A stretch of 64,000 nt of DNA from Strigamia acuminata (lineage: Eukaryota), in contig OX442314.1 in the NCBI GenBank assembly GCA_949358305.1, positions 15,748,001-15,812,000 of the forward strand, given 5' to 3'. This document shows positions 33,431 to 48,400 of the stretch, piece by piece; positions within the stretch are counted from its first letter, which is position 1, and each line of letters opens with the position of its first letter. The position numbers and the translations under genes were made by a program. The notes under the pieces are model-generated. The model made no database searches and was not told the origin of the DNA. It saw nothing but the letters and a program-made list of their open reading frames with translations.

Positions 33431-36400
33431 AAGTGTGGAATGTGAAAAAGTACAATAAATAATTTTAAACTATATTTCACCTGAAAAACTAACAAACAAA
33501 AAAATTCATTATGACTCACTGCTTTTAATTATTTTGACATAAAACTAAAAAAAAATTGCAGAGATTTTTGTAACCCTTAATTAAAAAGTCATTTTCTTAG
33601 ATAGATTTATTCAATTTAACCCATCCATCAAATCTCTCCTGCAACTGACACCTTAAAATTTTTATAAAATTAAAAAAAAATTGTTTCTAACACGTTAGCA
33701 TGACTGGAAAACAAATTAAACCCATCTCACATCAGGATTTGACCTTTTTTTTAATTTTAAAATGTAAGACTAATATGCTGGAGGAAAATTGCATGTACAT
33801 TGTTTATTCAAGAAATTCATTAGAAATAAAATAGTTAAAGTCGTGAATCCATTTCGTAGCTGCAAAACCATTAGAACGTTTTAAAGGCTTCAAGATAGCA
33901 CCATGCTGCACTTATTCTTAGTGGCAACCAGGTGCAAAGAATGACACAAACTCCACCCACTAATGCACTTTTACAGTATTGGAGAATGAAATGAGGAGAC
34001 CATGGACTTGTTCATGTCACGCTCCAAACTCCATTTGCATCCAGGATGATCGGTTACAATATCCACTGGAGACTTTTCTCACACATGCCCTATGGAACGA
34101 TAGGGGTGTGTTACGATCAAGCCTTTTCCCATATTTTCCCGAGTCATACATAAAAAGTATTGTGTAGAATGTGCACTCGAACGTACATCACCTTATTGCT
34201 GCTTGTGATATTGACAGGTGTCGAAAAGAGGATGTTATTTTTGCATGTGAATTTGTGTGGCCCTTTTGTGTTTGTATAATAAATCGATCCTGGTTTGATT
34301 ACTGTTTATATTAGAAGTTTTTATCCTGGTTGACTGACACTAGCCCATAGAAATGCAGGTGCACGCAGGAAAAAAAGGTGTAATAACTTTTATTCAACCA
34401 CCCATGATGATTGTCGTTTAATTAAACCAATGGAGGATAACATAAAAACGTCATAAAGTTGCAGGAACATTTATTTATTTTTTTTAATTTCAAGACATCT
34501 CAAGTAATTTAGCTGAAAAAAATTAATTAATTAAGGATGCATGTAACGTTTTATCCGTTTTAAAATTCCACAAATTAAAAATCATTCAACAAAATAATAA
34601 TAATAAAAATGTTGAAATAAACATTTTATCTCGTAAAAAAATAAAATAAAAGTTCACTGGCACCAATTTAGCGAGCGAAACAGGTGTTTTAAACATTTCC
34701 CGCATGCAATTTCGCAATATCTTTTCCATCTAACCCAAAAACTAATAATAATTGACAACAACTGTACTGTAAATATATCCAAATTCGTTTAAAAAGCACA
34801 ATCAACTCGTAGCATGACGAAACAGGAAGAGTATGGCCTCCATTCATTTCTTCCTCAATTCATTGCCATCACTGACTGACTCTTCCTTTACAGTGCGCAA
34901 TAGGGCATCAGTCTGCCAGAAATAACAGTTTGTTTACACCAATAGCCGTTGATGAGTGCTCAGAATAGAGCTCCTGTGTGCATTCCAGGCCACTTCCTTC
35001 CAGTACAAAAATCCCCTCCCATCTGCCTTAATAACTAGAGATAAAATGTAAGTGGTGTTTAGCCCCGATGCCGCACACAGGATGCTGGTTGCTAAGGGCA
35101 ACTCTTAAGTGTGATGCCCGATGCTGGATGAAAAAACGCATTTGCTTCACTCCACTTCGTCTTCTTCTTCTTTATTTGCAAACTCTCGCAATGAAATCAT
35201 ATTAGAATACGCGAAATACGAATGTTGTTGCTCCTTCCACTTAACATGTGAATGAGTTTCATTCAAATGACAGCACAAAACGCACACAAAACTAAAAATA
35301 ACACTCGTATATAATGCCAAGCAATGTTTATATCAGAGGCAAAATAAAACAAGTCCATAATTTGCATCACTCCCCCTACTCATGCACGGAGAAAGAAAAA
35401 CAAATGCTCGTGTCATGCTCGAGTAAAACGAGTCCAACTTATCAATTTTATTCACATTTTTATGGTCTCTTAGTGCATAAAACACAGGAAAACAAGGTGA
35501 TTCAAAGACCCAATCGCACATTAACAGGTGTACCTGGGTCACAACACTTGTAAACTTCCTCGTAAGAGTTATCTGAAATATTAATCTCTTATTACCTATA
35601 AGAGGTGTGGCCCATTACTTGAAAACCCACGTGGAAGAAAAAGATAAGAACGACAAAAGAGAGAGAAAGAAAGAAGAAAGAAAAAAAAATACTGTACATT
35701 ATTATTATTATTTCCACTACTACTTTGATTCAAGGATAGTTCCAACCCCACCAGATTTACCATTGTAAAGGGAAAGAAAAAAATTGCTCCACTCTTATTC
35801 ATTCCAAGTGTGAACGAATCAAAAGAAAAATATATTGACAAAAACCTCCACTAATCCTCTAACCACGCCTAATGACATGGATCAAGAGCTTAAAATGAGT
35901 TTGGCGCTATATTTTATAGCTCCAATATTTTACTGCCTCTCACACGTGTGTGCACATATTATAAATTCGAAAAGAAAATAACTCAACTTTCTATTTTCCC
36001 ACAAATTTCAGACAAATTATTATTATAACATAATCTATTTAATAGAGCCACCTATAATTCAAAACAACCTTATCAATAGGTGACACAAATAGTTCTAGAA
36101 CAATTTGTAAAGAGGTGGAGTTATTAATATCTAATATTATCTGGAGGAAGAATGTTGATAAAGTGTGAGGGTTGGTCGAGTCTCCATCTATATAATTAAC
36201 TCACTAAGCCTCAAGATTTATTGGTAACAACGATTACATGATACATCCACTATTTTATTTCAATCCAATATTCCCATTTAAAAGAAAATGGAAAAAAACT
36301 GATGCATTATAGATTTTGTCAAACGTCAGATGCCACATGCAGATAAACAGAGATCTAGCATCAAACCGAATCTGACATGTGTGGCGTACAATTTTTGTCA

Positions 36401-39400
36401 GATGACTATCAACAATCAGCTTGGGGAGATAAGAACAAGGCAGCAATTAGAACGTGACATTGAAACTATTAAAATCTTTTTGAAAAAATGGACCTATAGA
36501 AACAAAATAATTTTTTTCTTTACAGGGGAAGAAGTTTTGAATTATTGCCAAGGAAAAGTTCTAAGACCTATCATTAAAAAATGAAACAAGGGCTACTATT
36601 ATTCTCGAAAAAATACCATAGACCTTTATTTTTTTTAATTCTACAAATTCAGCCCTGTTGACCTTTATATCCTCCCATTTGACAGTTCAAAAGCTGTCAA
36701 GTCGAATTTTTTTTAAAAGCAGGAGCAAATATAAATCAATTTATTCCATTCATGGCAGCATTTATGTTCGCAGTTACTTAATTACACACATACACTGACA
36801 CCAGACAAGTTTTGAAGAAGAAAAAAAAAAGTATCACACAAGAAAAAAAAGGGACGCAAAACTGGAAGCTCAAGAACACCCACATACAAAGACCTACAGA
36901 AAATCCCCGAGCAAAAACAAACTCAAATTCAATAGAAAAAACAAACAGCAACAGTAGCCTCAAGTCTCATCTGTCTTGAGCTGTCCACAAACTGACATAC
37001 AGTGTTTACCCACAGGGGAAATGACGCCTGACAAGTGCACATCTGCGATCACCCAACCCCTCTGACATACTCCAGAATCAGGTTGAATAAGGCAATTCTA
37101 TGCTCACAACATCTGATCCCAGCTAACCTCTGTACATACAAAAGTCTGCTGTACACTTGTGAATAAACCAATCAAATGAAAACAGGTGTGGGTTGCAATT
37201 TTATGCGGGTGTGTGGAGATTTTTCCACAACCAAGGGCGCAAGTTGAAGGACAAGCTAGATTGAAGACATTCCCCCTTCGCTTTTCATTTTTCATTCATG
37301 TCAGAAGCCACTTCAGACAGATAAAAGCCTATGCCTTTTTTTAATAGAGTAAACTTGGATTGCATGAGCCATACACTTTGGAATTCATCACCAAGTATGG
37401 TTTTCAAAGGAGTAAATCTAACAGGCTTTCCCTTACATTCAAATGAGTAACCAGCTTCGTCATTTCATTGCTAGATAAGCCTAATATTATCAAAGAAACT
37501 CCACATCTCCTTTTTATATTAACAAAAAAAATTTATTCATTAAAATAAAAAGAAATAATTCTGATGAAAACTAATAATCTTGTCGTGACATGAACGATAA
37601 GAAGAGGCATTATGGATGAGGAAAAAATGGCGATATCGTCTTTCAAGCAAAATATTTTCTCTGCCTGAGTCAATATTTATCATTTTCTATTTCTACAAAA
37701 ACATTTATGAATTAAGTGAAACAATTTTTTTTATTATTATTATTATTTTATTATTCATCTTTGTATACAAATGTTGTCCCTGAACCTGGGTTTAATGAGC
37801 TCTGTAGAGTACTATTTCCAAGAGCCAATTCCTTATTCAAAAACATCATTTCCCTGGGAAATAGAACAGGTGGCTAGAAATAAGTAGGTGGAGTCGACAC
37901 TCACTTTTAAGTTTTCTTTTATCCAATCTAGAAACAAATCCCGAACTCCTCTATGGCCGAAATAAAAAGAAGAAAAAAATTGTTTTTCAGACAAATGGCA
38001 ACCATTCCGACTCGTTCTTGGCGAAATGCAGCCCGGCTTCATTAACACACATAATTAAACTAATTTCAGCAAAGTGCAACTCAACAACAAGCACAGATCA
38101 AGAGAAAATACAGCGTGGAAAAAGCTTTAGAAAAGTGCCTAAAACTTAAACAATAGAAAATTCCTCTCACTTTCTCATGGCTCGAATCAATTACTTATAT
38201 AGTCGAGTCGCGCGCTCGTTCCTACACCCCAATTTGGCCGAGTGAGAAGAATGCGCAGTGGTATTGTTGCTATACTTCCTGTTTCCATGCTGACTAAAGA
38301 CGAACTTGTCGGATGCTCGATACGTTTGTTGGAGGCCACGCATCACAAGTGAATTGTAAATACTCACCTAGATGTATGAAACCGGATTTGATTCACGTAT
38401 CGATCTTCAAACTCCTATGGGCAGAAACGGTGTCAAACAAATGACAAAAATCACATTGAAACACGATGACATCACGTATAAATATATGTGGTCTTTTTTC
38501 CAAGCTACTCATGCGTAAGAAACACATGTCAAAATGCACGCATGTGCAGTTAATGTTTGGCAGCATTATTCATATCATTATTGACATTTTAATTCCAATT
38601 TGTGCTCTGTCTCAGTTCTAATGGAAGTCAACCGGTGCAACATTAACCTCACAACCATCAAAACCAATTAGCACAGTCGTACAGCTGCATGCACTGTTTC
38701 TTTCGTCCAAAGTCATTTGTTATTGTTCGCACACGTTCCGTTTTAATGTACGATGTAGATTTTTCAAAAAAATCTCCCAATATGCAATATCAATGCGTTA
38801 TTTACCTGAGTGCGCAAATTAGTCGTATACGGGTATGCGAAAAATCGCTATTAACTGGTGCAATTTTAAATTCCATCGTGTGCGCGAGAACTCCCTTTGT
38901 GCTGCCATTCAGAACGAAACCAATAATCTTTTATATTAAAATTTTTGACAAGAATTTTATCGATGAGAATGGTACTCGATATTGTCACGTATTAATTGCT
39001 GGCGTCGTGCAATTCCACCTTCAATTTGCCACTCCAAATAAATTTAAATCTAAATTAAAATACCGGTAGTTTAAAAATCGATCACGAGAAAAGAGTACAC
39101 TCAACACTTTTGGCACCGTTTAAACCAATATAAGCCCTCGTTAATCGCATAAAAATAACACTTTTGGCCAGATTTCCATGCAATTCGAATTGTTGACAGA
39201 ACTTTTCAACAGTGAAGTTCGTAAAAATGATTTTTAGGCACATAAACTCTGCAAGTAATAATTGCATTCCCTATCACCGTTTGCAAACACCAGAAGCGCT
39301 GAAGGCTAACATTTACAACGGTGCCAATACTTTACTGACCTCCTGACCAAAACAGCTAAAACAAACACAAATAAGCGTGTTCTAGAAAATCTAATCAATG

Positions 39401-42400
39401 GGTCGCCAGTAAAACCACAGAAACAGCTCAAACTTGACCAAATCTGACTCGTATTCTCGGCGATAACCCGACAAGAACAAGCGCAAACAGGGTGCGTTGT
39501 GCTAATTCTTAACTCATCCTCTTCGGGCATTATTAATTTTTCAGTGGCTTCACTTCAACTCAAGTTTGCGAGATAGTAAAACAAACACAAGCCAGCATGA
39601 GACATAAATATTTTGACGCATAGCATACACAGAAATCCGTACAAGAGAGTCTTACAAATTCCACACATACTAAACAAAGCCTCTTCGAAATGCAGATTTA
39701 TTGCCTATCCAAATTGATTTATCTCCCACTTTAACTCTTTAATGAGAAGGGATGCAGTTTAAGAAACAACAATTTTTCACCTTTCTCCTCAAATAAACTC
39801 AAGCTGTCATCGGTTCCAAGACAGACTAATCACGGCCATGAGTAATAACTACATCATCCACTTGCACTAAAATTATGCACACTCAAGAGGTAATGCCAGG
39901 CCTACACGTGTTTCCACTACACACATCATATTACTATTTGATTGCACTCATTAAGCCCCAATTTCAACCTCCTATTAATGCACAATTTTCCCTTTACGCT
40001 GTTTACAATCAACTCGCACTAAAAATACATTTACACAACAAACAATTCCTTGTTTGCACATTAGCAACTATTTTGATTGAAAAAAAAATCAAACTATTTA
40101 TACATAAAAAGTTGATATGCATAAACACCTTCAGACAACAAATCAATTTATTTATTTTTATAATGGCGTAAAACAAATTTGCATAGTTATTCTTACACAT
40201 GTTTACGATGTGCCATCATGCATGCATGTAAGCTTATTGATAAGGCAGCAACATGTGTGAATTACATATGCATGCAGTTTGATATTAGAATTCAACTCGA
40301 AGATAAACACGCTGTGTCTAAATGTGGGACTGGCTGGCTGCCTCAGCACGGCCATCAAACGACGTGCTATTTACTTGCAATTCTCAAATTGAAACAGTGG
40401 CTTTGGGCTCGACTTGAAAACTTTCTAACGTTTCATTTCGCAGCAGTTAAACATCGTTGCCAAACTCCGCGCTTTCGGAAACGTGTTATTTATACATCTC
40501 AAAGGAGAGAAGAGAATCAGGTGTGCGATTTAAACAACAAAAAAGAAATAAAAATAAAATAAAAAAACGTTAAAAGTTTATTTCCGATTGAGTAACAAAT
40601 TTAAAAATAATTTAATTGAAACCATTTAGAGCCAACATATCGTTAAATTCCTAAGCATCACGATCAAATTCCAAAGCATCGAGGCGTAGAAAGTGTTAAC
40701 CAACATCTATTTATGGCACCGGTGTGTGGTCATCTCAAGAAAATGTGGTCCTTAACTCACGTTAAGCATGCAAGCAGGAATTTTATCAAAGTTCACATTT
40801 GTTGACTTAGCATGTCATTTCAAGGTTTTTTTAAATTTTCAAAAATAATAAATCAAGCAAATAAAATAATACTCCGTATTTTTTTTTTTTTTTTACAAAC
40901 ATTTCCTTAAAAAATGGGAATAAGTCTTTGTAATTTAAACCAATTTTCCATCGCTTAAGTGCAAGTCAAAAGCTGCATCTATCTTTGCAGAAAATTATGA
41001 CCTTTTTAACGATGCTCACAAGCTGCTTCCTTGGGGATTCATCTAAGCTCCCTCCCCATCGTATATTTCAAGATGATATGGACCGTTTGGTGCTAACCTA
41101 ACTGCATCCTACTATATCAAACTATATTGCACGAGCAAAGCAGAAACACACAAATATATATATTTATATAAAATAAACCAGTATTTTTATACTAGAAGAG
41201 AAAGGAGAAAAAAAATTGACTTTTTCTCCACTTCTCTTCGAGCGTAACGCCCTAAAAATCACGAGAGGAAAAATGATAATCCTCAAAATGAACCCACATA
41301 GTGTTGAAGACACACATCAAAGTCCAAATGTGTCAATAAATTGCTACAAACACATCGCAGAAACGAAACCCGAGGTTAAATTGGAAGCCAAGTGACGGCT
41401 TAGGGCTCACCTCTTTCCAAGTGGGCACTCACACTACCTTGGAATACTAATCAGTTGCAGATCTCAATTTAACCTTTTTCCACACATTTGTTACGCAATC
41501 TTCCAATTTGATATTGTGCCTTGCCTTTCCTTTCCTTCTCATGCCAATATTTAGTCGAGCGAGCGACTTTCAGAAATAATTACTAAACAGTACGTACTGA
41601 GAAGAGTTAAAATATCACTGCTTGGGGGGTTTGGGAGTTGGTTTAAAAAACTCGCATTCCAAATTGCATTAGAATACGCCCATACAAGCAGAACGACTTC
41701 CAAACTTGGGCTCGACACCTATCATCAATTGATGCAACTTAATGCACACCACGTGACTAGATTATCAACTTCGTGGAATATCATTAAGGATTTATATACC
41801 AAATGCTTTTTTATGGCTGCAAGAATTATGCAACATTCGTCCAGATTCGGGCAATGGGAAAATTATTAAGAAAAACTCATATTTTTTAAAGCAATAAATT
41901 TTGCAAATGCTGCTTGAATGAAAGAGGGCCAACTGATTAAAACAGGAGAGAGAGAGAGAGAAAAAAATTCACATGTCTCTTTCAAACACGCAGAGTTTTT
42001 ATAAAAAAATATAAAAAAAAAAAGAAATTAAAGAAAATGTTTTTTTTTTTAAACATTTTTTTCCTTGTTATTTATCACTATTGCCTCTAAGCTTTTAGAA
42101 TATAAACGCAAAAAAATAAACATTTTAATTTCCTCCTGCGTTTATTTTCAAATAAGTCCTTAATAACAGGACTTACGTAATGAGTAAGTCCAGCTGACTG
42201 TGAAAATCCATTATTCATACGTAGATAAAATATTCATATCTATCTATCTAACAAAAGAAAAGAAAAACGTAAATGTTTCACATTTTCTAATTATCTTATA
42301 ATCGCTTCACCGGATTTCCGAGCAGTTATGAAAAATGTCAATTCCATAAATAAACAAGCTAAGCAACAAGAAGAAAAAAAAATAAACAAATTTTAATTAA

Positions 42401-45400
42401 AACTCAAAATTAAAACTCGCAATTTGTTTTACAACGAAAAATCTCATATACATATATTTTTTTGTTCGTAAATTAGTGCGTGTGGCATAAACATTCCTAC
42501 TTTATTCTCTCAACTGACAAGATAAACATCATTGATGCTGTCACTACTTCCCATCCTCTTGCATCACTTTTAGCTTGTACCAATTAATTCCAAGGCAAAA
42601 ACACCACCATCTTCAAATATCACCCCCTAGGAATTTAGAACGTAACAACTTGGCATTTGCAACTGTTACATGCCCCAATGTTTGAGCCTCGTACATTTTC
42701 CTAACACAAACCACATGGCTCATGCCGCGCGCTTTTCTCATCGCAAAATATGAATCTAACTGTGAGTAAAGACAGCTCGCACCAAGGTGATCAGAGACAC
42801 GCTGTCTAAATTTAATGGGCCCTATTTGGCACCGATTGCAAACAACTTCCGTTCTACGAAACCAAAATTGAAAAAAAAAAAAAAACTTTTTGAAAAAAAA
42901 AAAGAAATTATTCTTTCTTCCAAATACAACTACGTGCCTAAGCGTTACACAACCAGCTTCCGTTTGTAAACAGTTGGACTAAAAGCGGATGTACGTCGAA
43001 ACTAAAGCCACAGGAATCATTTTTTGTCACATTAAGGATGTCTAATTTAAAGCATTAAGAATAAATTGATATTTATAAACATCAAATTAAGTATTTCTAA
43101 ATGCTATCGTGATGTTTCCATGTAACACGTCGATTGCAAAAAAATATAAATTTCGAAATCCACTAAGTTTGCAAAGTGAAACTCAGAAGAAAAAAAAAAA
43201 GAAAAATCACTATTAGCACTTTAGAAATGGCAGATGCATGTCCATAAATCAGATGATCCCATTCATGAGACAACATGTTTAATAAATTACTTTTCCATCA
43301 TTGCATGCTTAGTGAAATTTAAAATTTATGATAAATGCACTATATTATCCTCTGCGTCCATTTTTTTTTTCTTTTTTCCGTTTTGTCTGTTCCTCATTTC
43401 ATTTTTTTTATAGGCCAATAGAGCGCTCCAAGTATATTCTTAAACACTAAAATGGCATTCACCTCAAATGGAGCGTTACAATTTGCTGGGCCAAAATGAA
43501 GAATGTGACTTGACGTGACGTTAAGTTTGAAAGTAGCCATAAATCAAGACACCCACGCGACACTCCGCTGCTCAAGAAACACGGCCAATATTTTTTTAAT
43601 GCAGTAACGAAGAGAAAAATTGGGAAGGAGGAAAAGAAAAGAGGAAAAAAAAATTGATACGATTCATAAATGAACCAGGAAGCAGCATTACACACTCTTG
43701 ATGAATAAGTTTGGCTTAGTTTCTTGCACTGGTATAATTAGTCCATCAGGAAAGAAAAATGAGTTTAAATTTTGACAGAAATAAAATTTTTAAAGAGAAG
43801 CTTACGATTAAAGAATAGCGTGCAATTAATTAAAAATTAAAGTATAATTTTAAATTACATGTCAAGAAGGTAAAACAAGGTTGTTCACTTGAAACTGCAT
43901 GTTTAATTAGTCAAAATTAAATAAAACTCGATGCGATGTAATAAAGTGCTCATTCACATTGTTGCAGTAAGATGTAAAAAAAAAAAAAAGCTGTGCACTG
44001 CTGCACACTAGTGGCGATACTTGGCATTTTTACTAGTCATAATTTTGAGGTCAAAAAGGGTGCGCCAGATTACTTATTTACAATCTTGTACTCAAACACC
44101 TTCAAATGCCCACCTCAATGTTAATCTCAGCGTGAGAACATGTTACATTGGCTTGTATGACGCGATATGCGTCATGATCGAGATAAGTCATCAAACGACT
44201 TGTATTATATTAATCATAACGCAAAATGCATCGTACAAGAAGCCTAAGTCACTTCAGGCTTCAATGTTGAACAGAGCCGTTAATGTTACTGTTGATGACT
44301 CCAGTAACGTCTTTAACCCGAGATGTTTTTTGGTTCATGTGTTGATTTTTTTATTACGGAGGGCGGAAGCATTCTGCCATGTAAGCTTAGCAAGGGCGCT
44401 TCCTGTTGTTTTTAGTAAGGGAATTAGGGTTAGCGTCAAGTATCCCAGGTTATCTCCTGAGGTTACAACCAAACCCAATCCCAAACTACAAAAAATACAA
44501 ACAGCATCCAAACAGGACAAAGCACACAGCTCAGAGTTTTTATAATGGTGGGGGATTGTATTTTTGTTTATTTGCGGTTTTGTTTTGGCTGTTTGTTGTG
44601 TGGTTTGAAGTGTGTGTTTGCGTGTTGTTCTTTTAGTGATGGTGGTTGAGCGCGGGTGTTTGGCTGTGTTGTCTGGTAGAAAGGGCCAACTAAAGTATTG
44701 GTTTGTTATTTGCTCCGATGTTTACTTGTGTGTATTTGTTATCTCTGTAATTTCCGGGGCTCACTAACTTGGCATCCCTCCACAGTCGTGTTGTTTACTT
44801 GTTTGTGAGATGATTATAGAAATTATTTGGAAAAATTCTTCAACAATTTCACTATATTCTTGAATAATTTGTCGAAATGAACTAATTGTTCCGTATTTCC
44901 ATCTTGAAGAGACCTTAAAACAGCTTAAGATAATTTATTCATTCCTTTTCATCAGTAAATATAAAAATCCAAAATTTTGCATTCTGTTGTTAATTATTAA
45001 ATTCAAACTTTTTCCCTGCTGCACTAATTATCACATAAACTCGAGTCATAATTATAAAAATACCGTAGCAGTCGTAAACACCGTTATATGTTTTCATCAC
45101 GTATGTTCTAGAAGGCAGTAAATTGCACGGCAGACTGCACAAGTGTTGTGTACTTGTATTTAGATCTCCAAGGTAAAATTTAGTGTTAAAATATATATAT
45201 AAAATAAATTTCCACTTCATTTGAAATACAGCCAAAATTGTAAAATCATCAAAAATTGAAATTTATTTATTTATTATCAGCTTGCAATTATTACTGTTTA
45301 CCAACATTAATTATTAATAGCACGAAGTGTAAATAAATAAATCTGAGCAAGAAAAAAAAAACAACATCAAAAGTTAAACTTGGCCAGCAAGACCAGAATT

Positions 45401-48400
45401 AACCTTTTAGGGAAACAAGTTTTACGAGCAGCTCATTAATTATGGCAAACCCTAATCTCCCTATTTTAGAAAACATTATACATAGAAATTTAAAAATAAA
45501 AGGGAAACAGAAAAAGAAAAAACATGATGTTATTCCTGACTTTAACCTTGCTGAAAAATTGCATCACACAAACAAATCACTGCCAACATTAATCAAGTAT
45601 GGCCACTTTGTAGATAAAAATTTGGAATGACACAACTGAGATAATCTATGACGCAACCGTGTGTTTGCAAACTTTGTCCAAAGTCGTCCGATTTTGGACA
45701 TGCTCCAAAAATTAAAAACAAAATTAGGCGTGGTCTTAAAGAAAGAGGAAGCAATGAAACGCAGAAAAAATTATTGTAAACTATGTCAACTTACAAACAA
45801 CTAAGTTGAACATGAAATTCATTAGGGTCGAGCGCAGGAAAAGAAGAAGAAAAAAAATATTTGAAAAAAAAAGAGTTAAAAAATTGAAAGAAAGAAGTGC
45901 ATTACCTTATATGCATTAAGCAATTTCTACAAAAGGTCTTCGAGTCTCTAAATTTCTTTTTATGTAACAAGGTGACTTACAAATTTGGTAAAGGGAAAAA
46001 AAAGTACAAAAAACAGAGAAAAAAATCTCATTTGAAATTTAAGTTGACATTCTAAAGCGAACAAGATGACAAGTTCATTTGGGTCAAATGAATGCAATTA
46101 TGGATTTTTTTTCCCCAGACTTGAAATGAAATCTAAAAAATAAGTCCCCAGCTGAGACCTGCGGTTCAACTTCGAAACCAAACTGTTTACCTTTTCAACC
46201 ATATTAAGAATTGATGGCTTTCGATTCAATCCCACGTGTTGTTATCCAACGATTTCCTTTCGTTCTCCAACTTTGAAATGCAGGATTTGCACGAAAAAAC
46301 CAAACTTTTCAACCGATAATTCCACCACGACGACTCAACTTAGTTAATTAAAGCTAGATTAAAGGAGTCTGCCTGCAAAACAAAGGCAACCATGACAACA
46401 TTGAAACCTTGTTGCAACATTTCACCATTCTTCCAACCATTTCACCATTGTTGTACATCTTATTAAATCAAGCAACGACATTAAGGTTCTGAATCACATT
46501 TCAAATATAGCAAACACCATTCATAACTTTATTCAGCTTTATTCAGTGAATCACAAATAAAGTAAATAAATAAAAATAAACAAAAATAAAAATCCATCTT
46601 TCTTTTAAACAGGTAACTTTTCCTGTCTCAACTGTCTCCTTAAAGGAAACTTAAAGCACGATAAATTACTCGCAGATAAGCTTAATACATAAAAGTGGAA
46701 GCAAAAATAAAAATAAATGTATCAAGTGTGGTCAAATGATAATAACACTCATTTATTTACACCCAGGTTCCGCGAGACAGAAGCAGAGTTACTTATACGT
46801 CTGAAGGAGCTGAATAATGGATATCAATATAAATTTCTTACTCAGTTCGTGCCTTTGCTCTACATCTTTATGATAGCAACATCAGAAATGACCACCGAGC
46901 TTGTAACAACATCTGCAACAACATACACTGCAGGGCACACTCTTCTATCCCTTTACTCAAGTGAATAAAAAATTTACATCTTGTTTTATCTTTTGTCAGT
47001 CCAAAATAAGCGAATTAAAGCTGATACGCTATTAAAAAATTAATCTTATTTTCTTTCGCATCTGAAAACTGATGAGAAGAAAATATCCTCAAACTGTTAT
47101 CATTTAGCCTGACTATTTTTAATTTAATATCGCATCCATTTTGTTTAACATTCCAGAGCAAATCATCTTAAAAATAAATATTAAAAAAGAAAAAAAAAAT
47201 TCATCTACCAGCAATACCTAATTTTACACGTTTGACCTTGTGCCTTTTGCTGATACATCTCAAGTGGACATACACACACTCCTGCTCCCTTAACCCTTTT
47301 AAAATGCCTCCAAGCTGGTGCTCGTTTCGCCTCGTATCACCGCATTAACTGGGCCATCAAAAGAAAAGTTGAGCAAAGAGATCAAGTTTAAAGGAATAAT
47401 CCGAGCGAATTTCCATCAAACCAGCAACAAACCAAAAATAGATCCGAAGGTCTCCCATCATCTCTGTTAAACAAGAAAATTGCTTTTAAATTATCATTTG
47501 GCCAAAGGAAGTCTTATTATATCAGCACACATCACGGTGAAGGTTGATTTTCACACATGATGTCATTAGCCAAATAAGTGCCATTGCTATTGCTATCCGC
47601 CATTAAATTTAATTCGGGATGAGCTGGTGTAAGCAAAATCAAAATAAGATTCAGTTAAGTGCATCTGAATTATCTTTTGCTTGCTCCTGTGATTAAGCAT
47701 TTTACTTTAAAAATATCGATTTTCAACCGCCATCTGTTGAGCAAATAGGGCTTAAATTTAAATCAGAATGAACTGCATCTAGGAAGAAAGAAAAAATTTG
47801 TTTTAACAAATATTTCGGTTAAATTTTTTCTCGGCACTAGAGGAATTTGTTGTTGAAACTCATGAGAAAATAACATCCAAGTTTGATTAAGAGAAATCTA
47901 ATCCAGCATACAATATTACTTCCAATATGTAAACATCGACTTATATCTTATTTAAAAAGCAATTGATTTTTGTCCCTTGCAAATATATAAACGCACTTCA
48001 GTTGTTTGAGTTTTATAAAATTTAATGACAAAGTTTTATGCATTTAGTTAAGATTCCTTCGAGATATTTTTAGCTGACATTTAAAAACTACTCAATTAGA
48101 TTAGTGTTTCTATCTTGATTTACTGTTCCAATTCTTCCATTTTAAAGTGAAAAAAATGTGAGCAATTTATAATAATAGTCATATTGTATAATCACAATTT
48201 CAATTTAACCTGAAAATAATTCCTAAAATGCAGCACTTTAAACCTTGAAATTTTTGGAATTTTTCTTGGTTAAAAAAAAACCAAAAAAGAAAAACCCAAA
48301 AAAAAAAATCTTATCATCATAAAATGTACAGCGTTCCAAATTTCAATGTAATCAAAACCAATAAAATCACTGGTAGCGTTAACATTCAATTAAAATTAAG

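Noticed and set aside
38367..38420. Short minus-strand exon-like segment with a GTGAGT donor
   Set aside because: The peptide is not Cys-rich or CRIM1-like and no partner exons were found.
44021..44636. 174-aa ORF and an AC-rich to GT-rich composition switch
   Set aside because: No ATG-led, protein-like sequence; the apparent hairpin is low-complexity.
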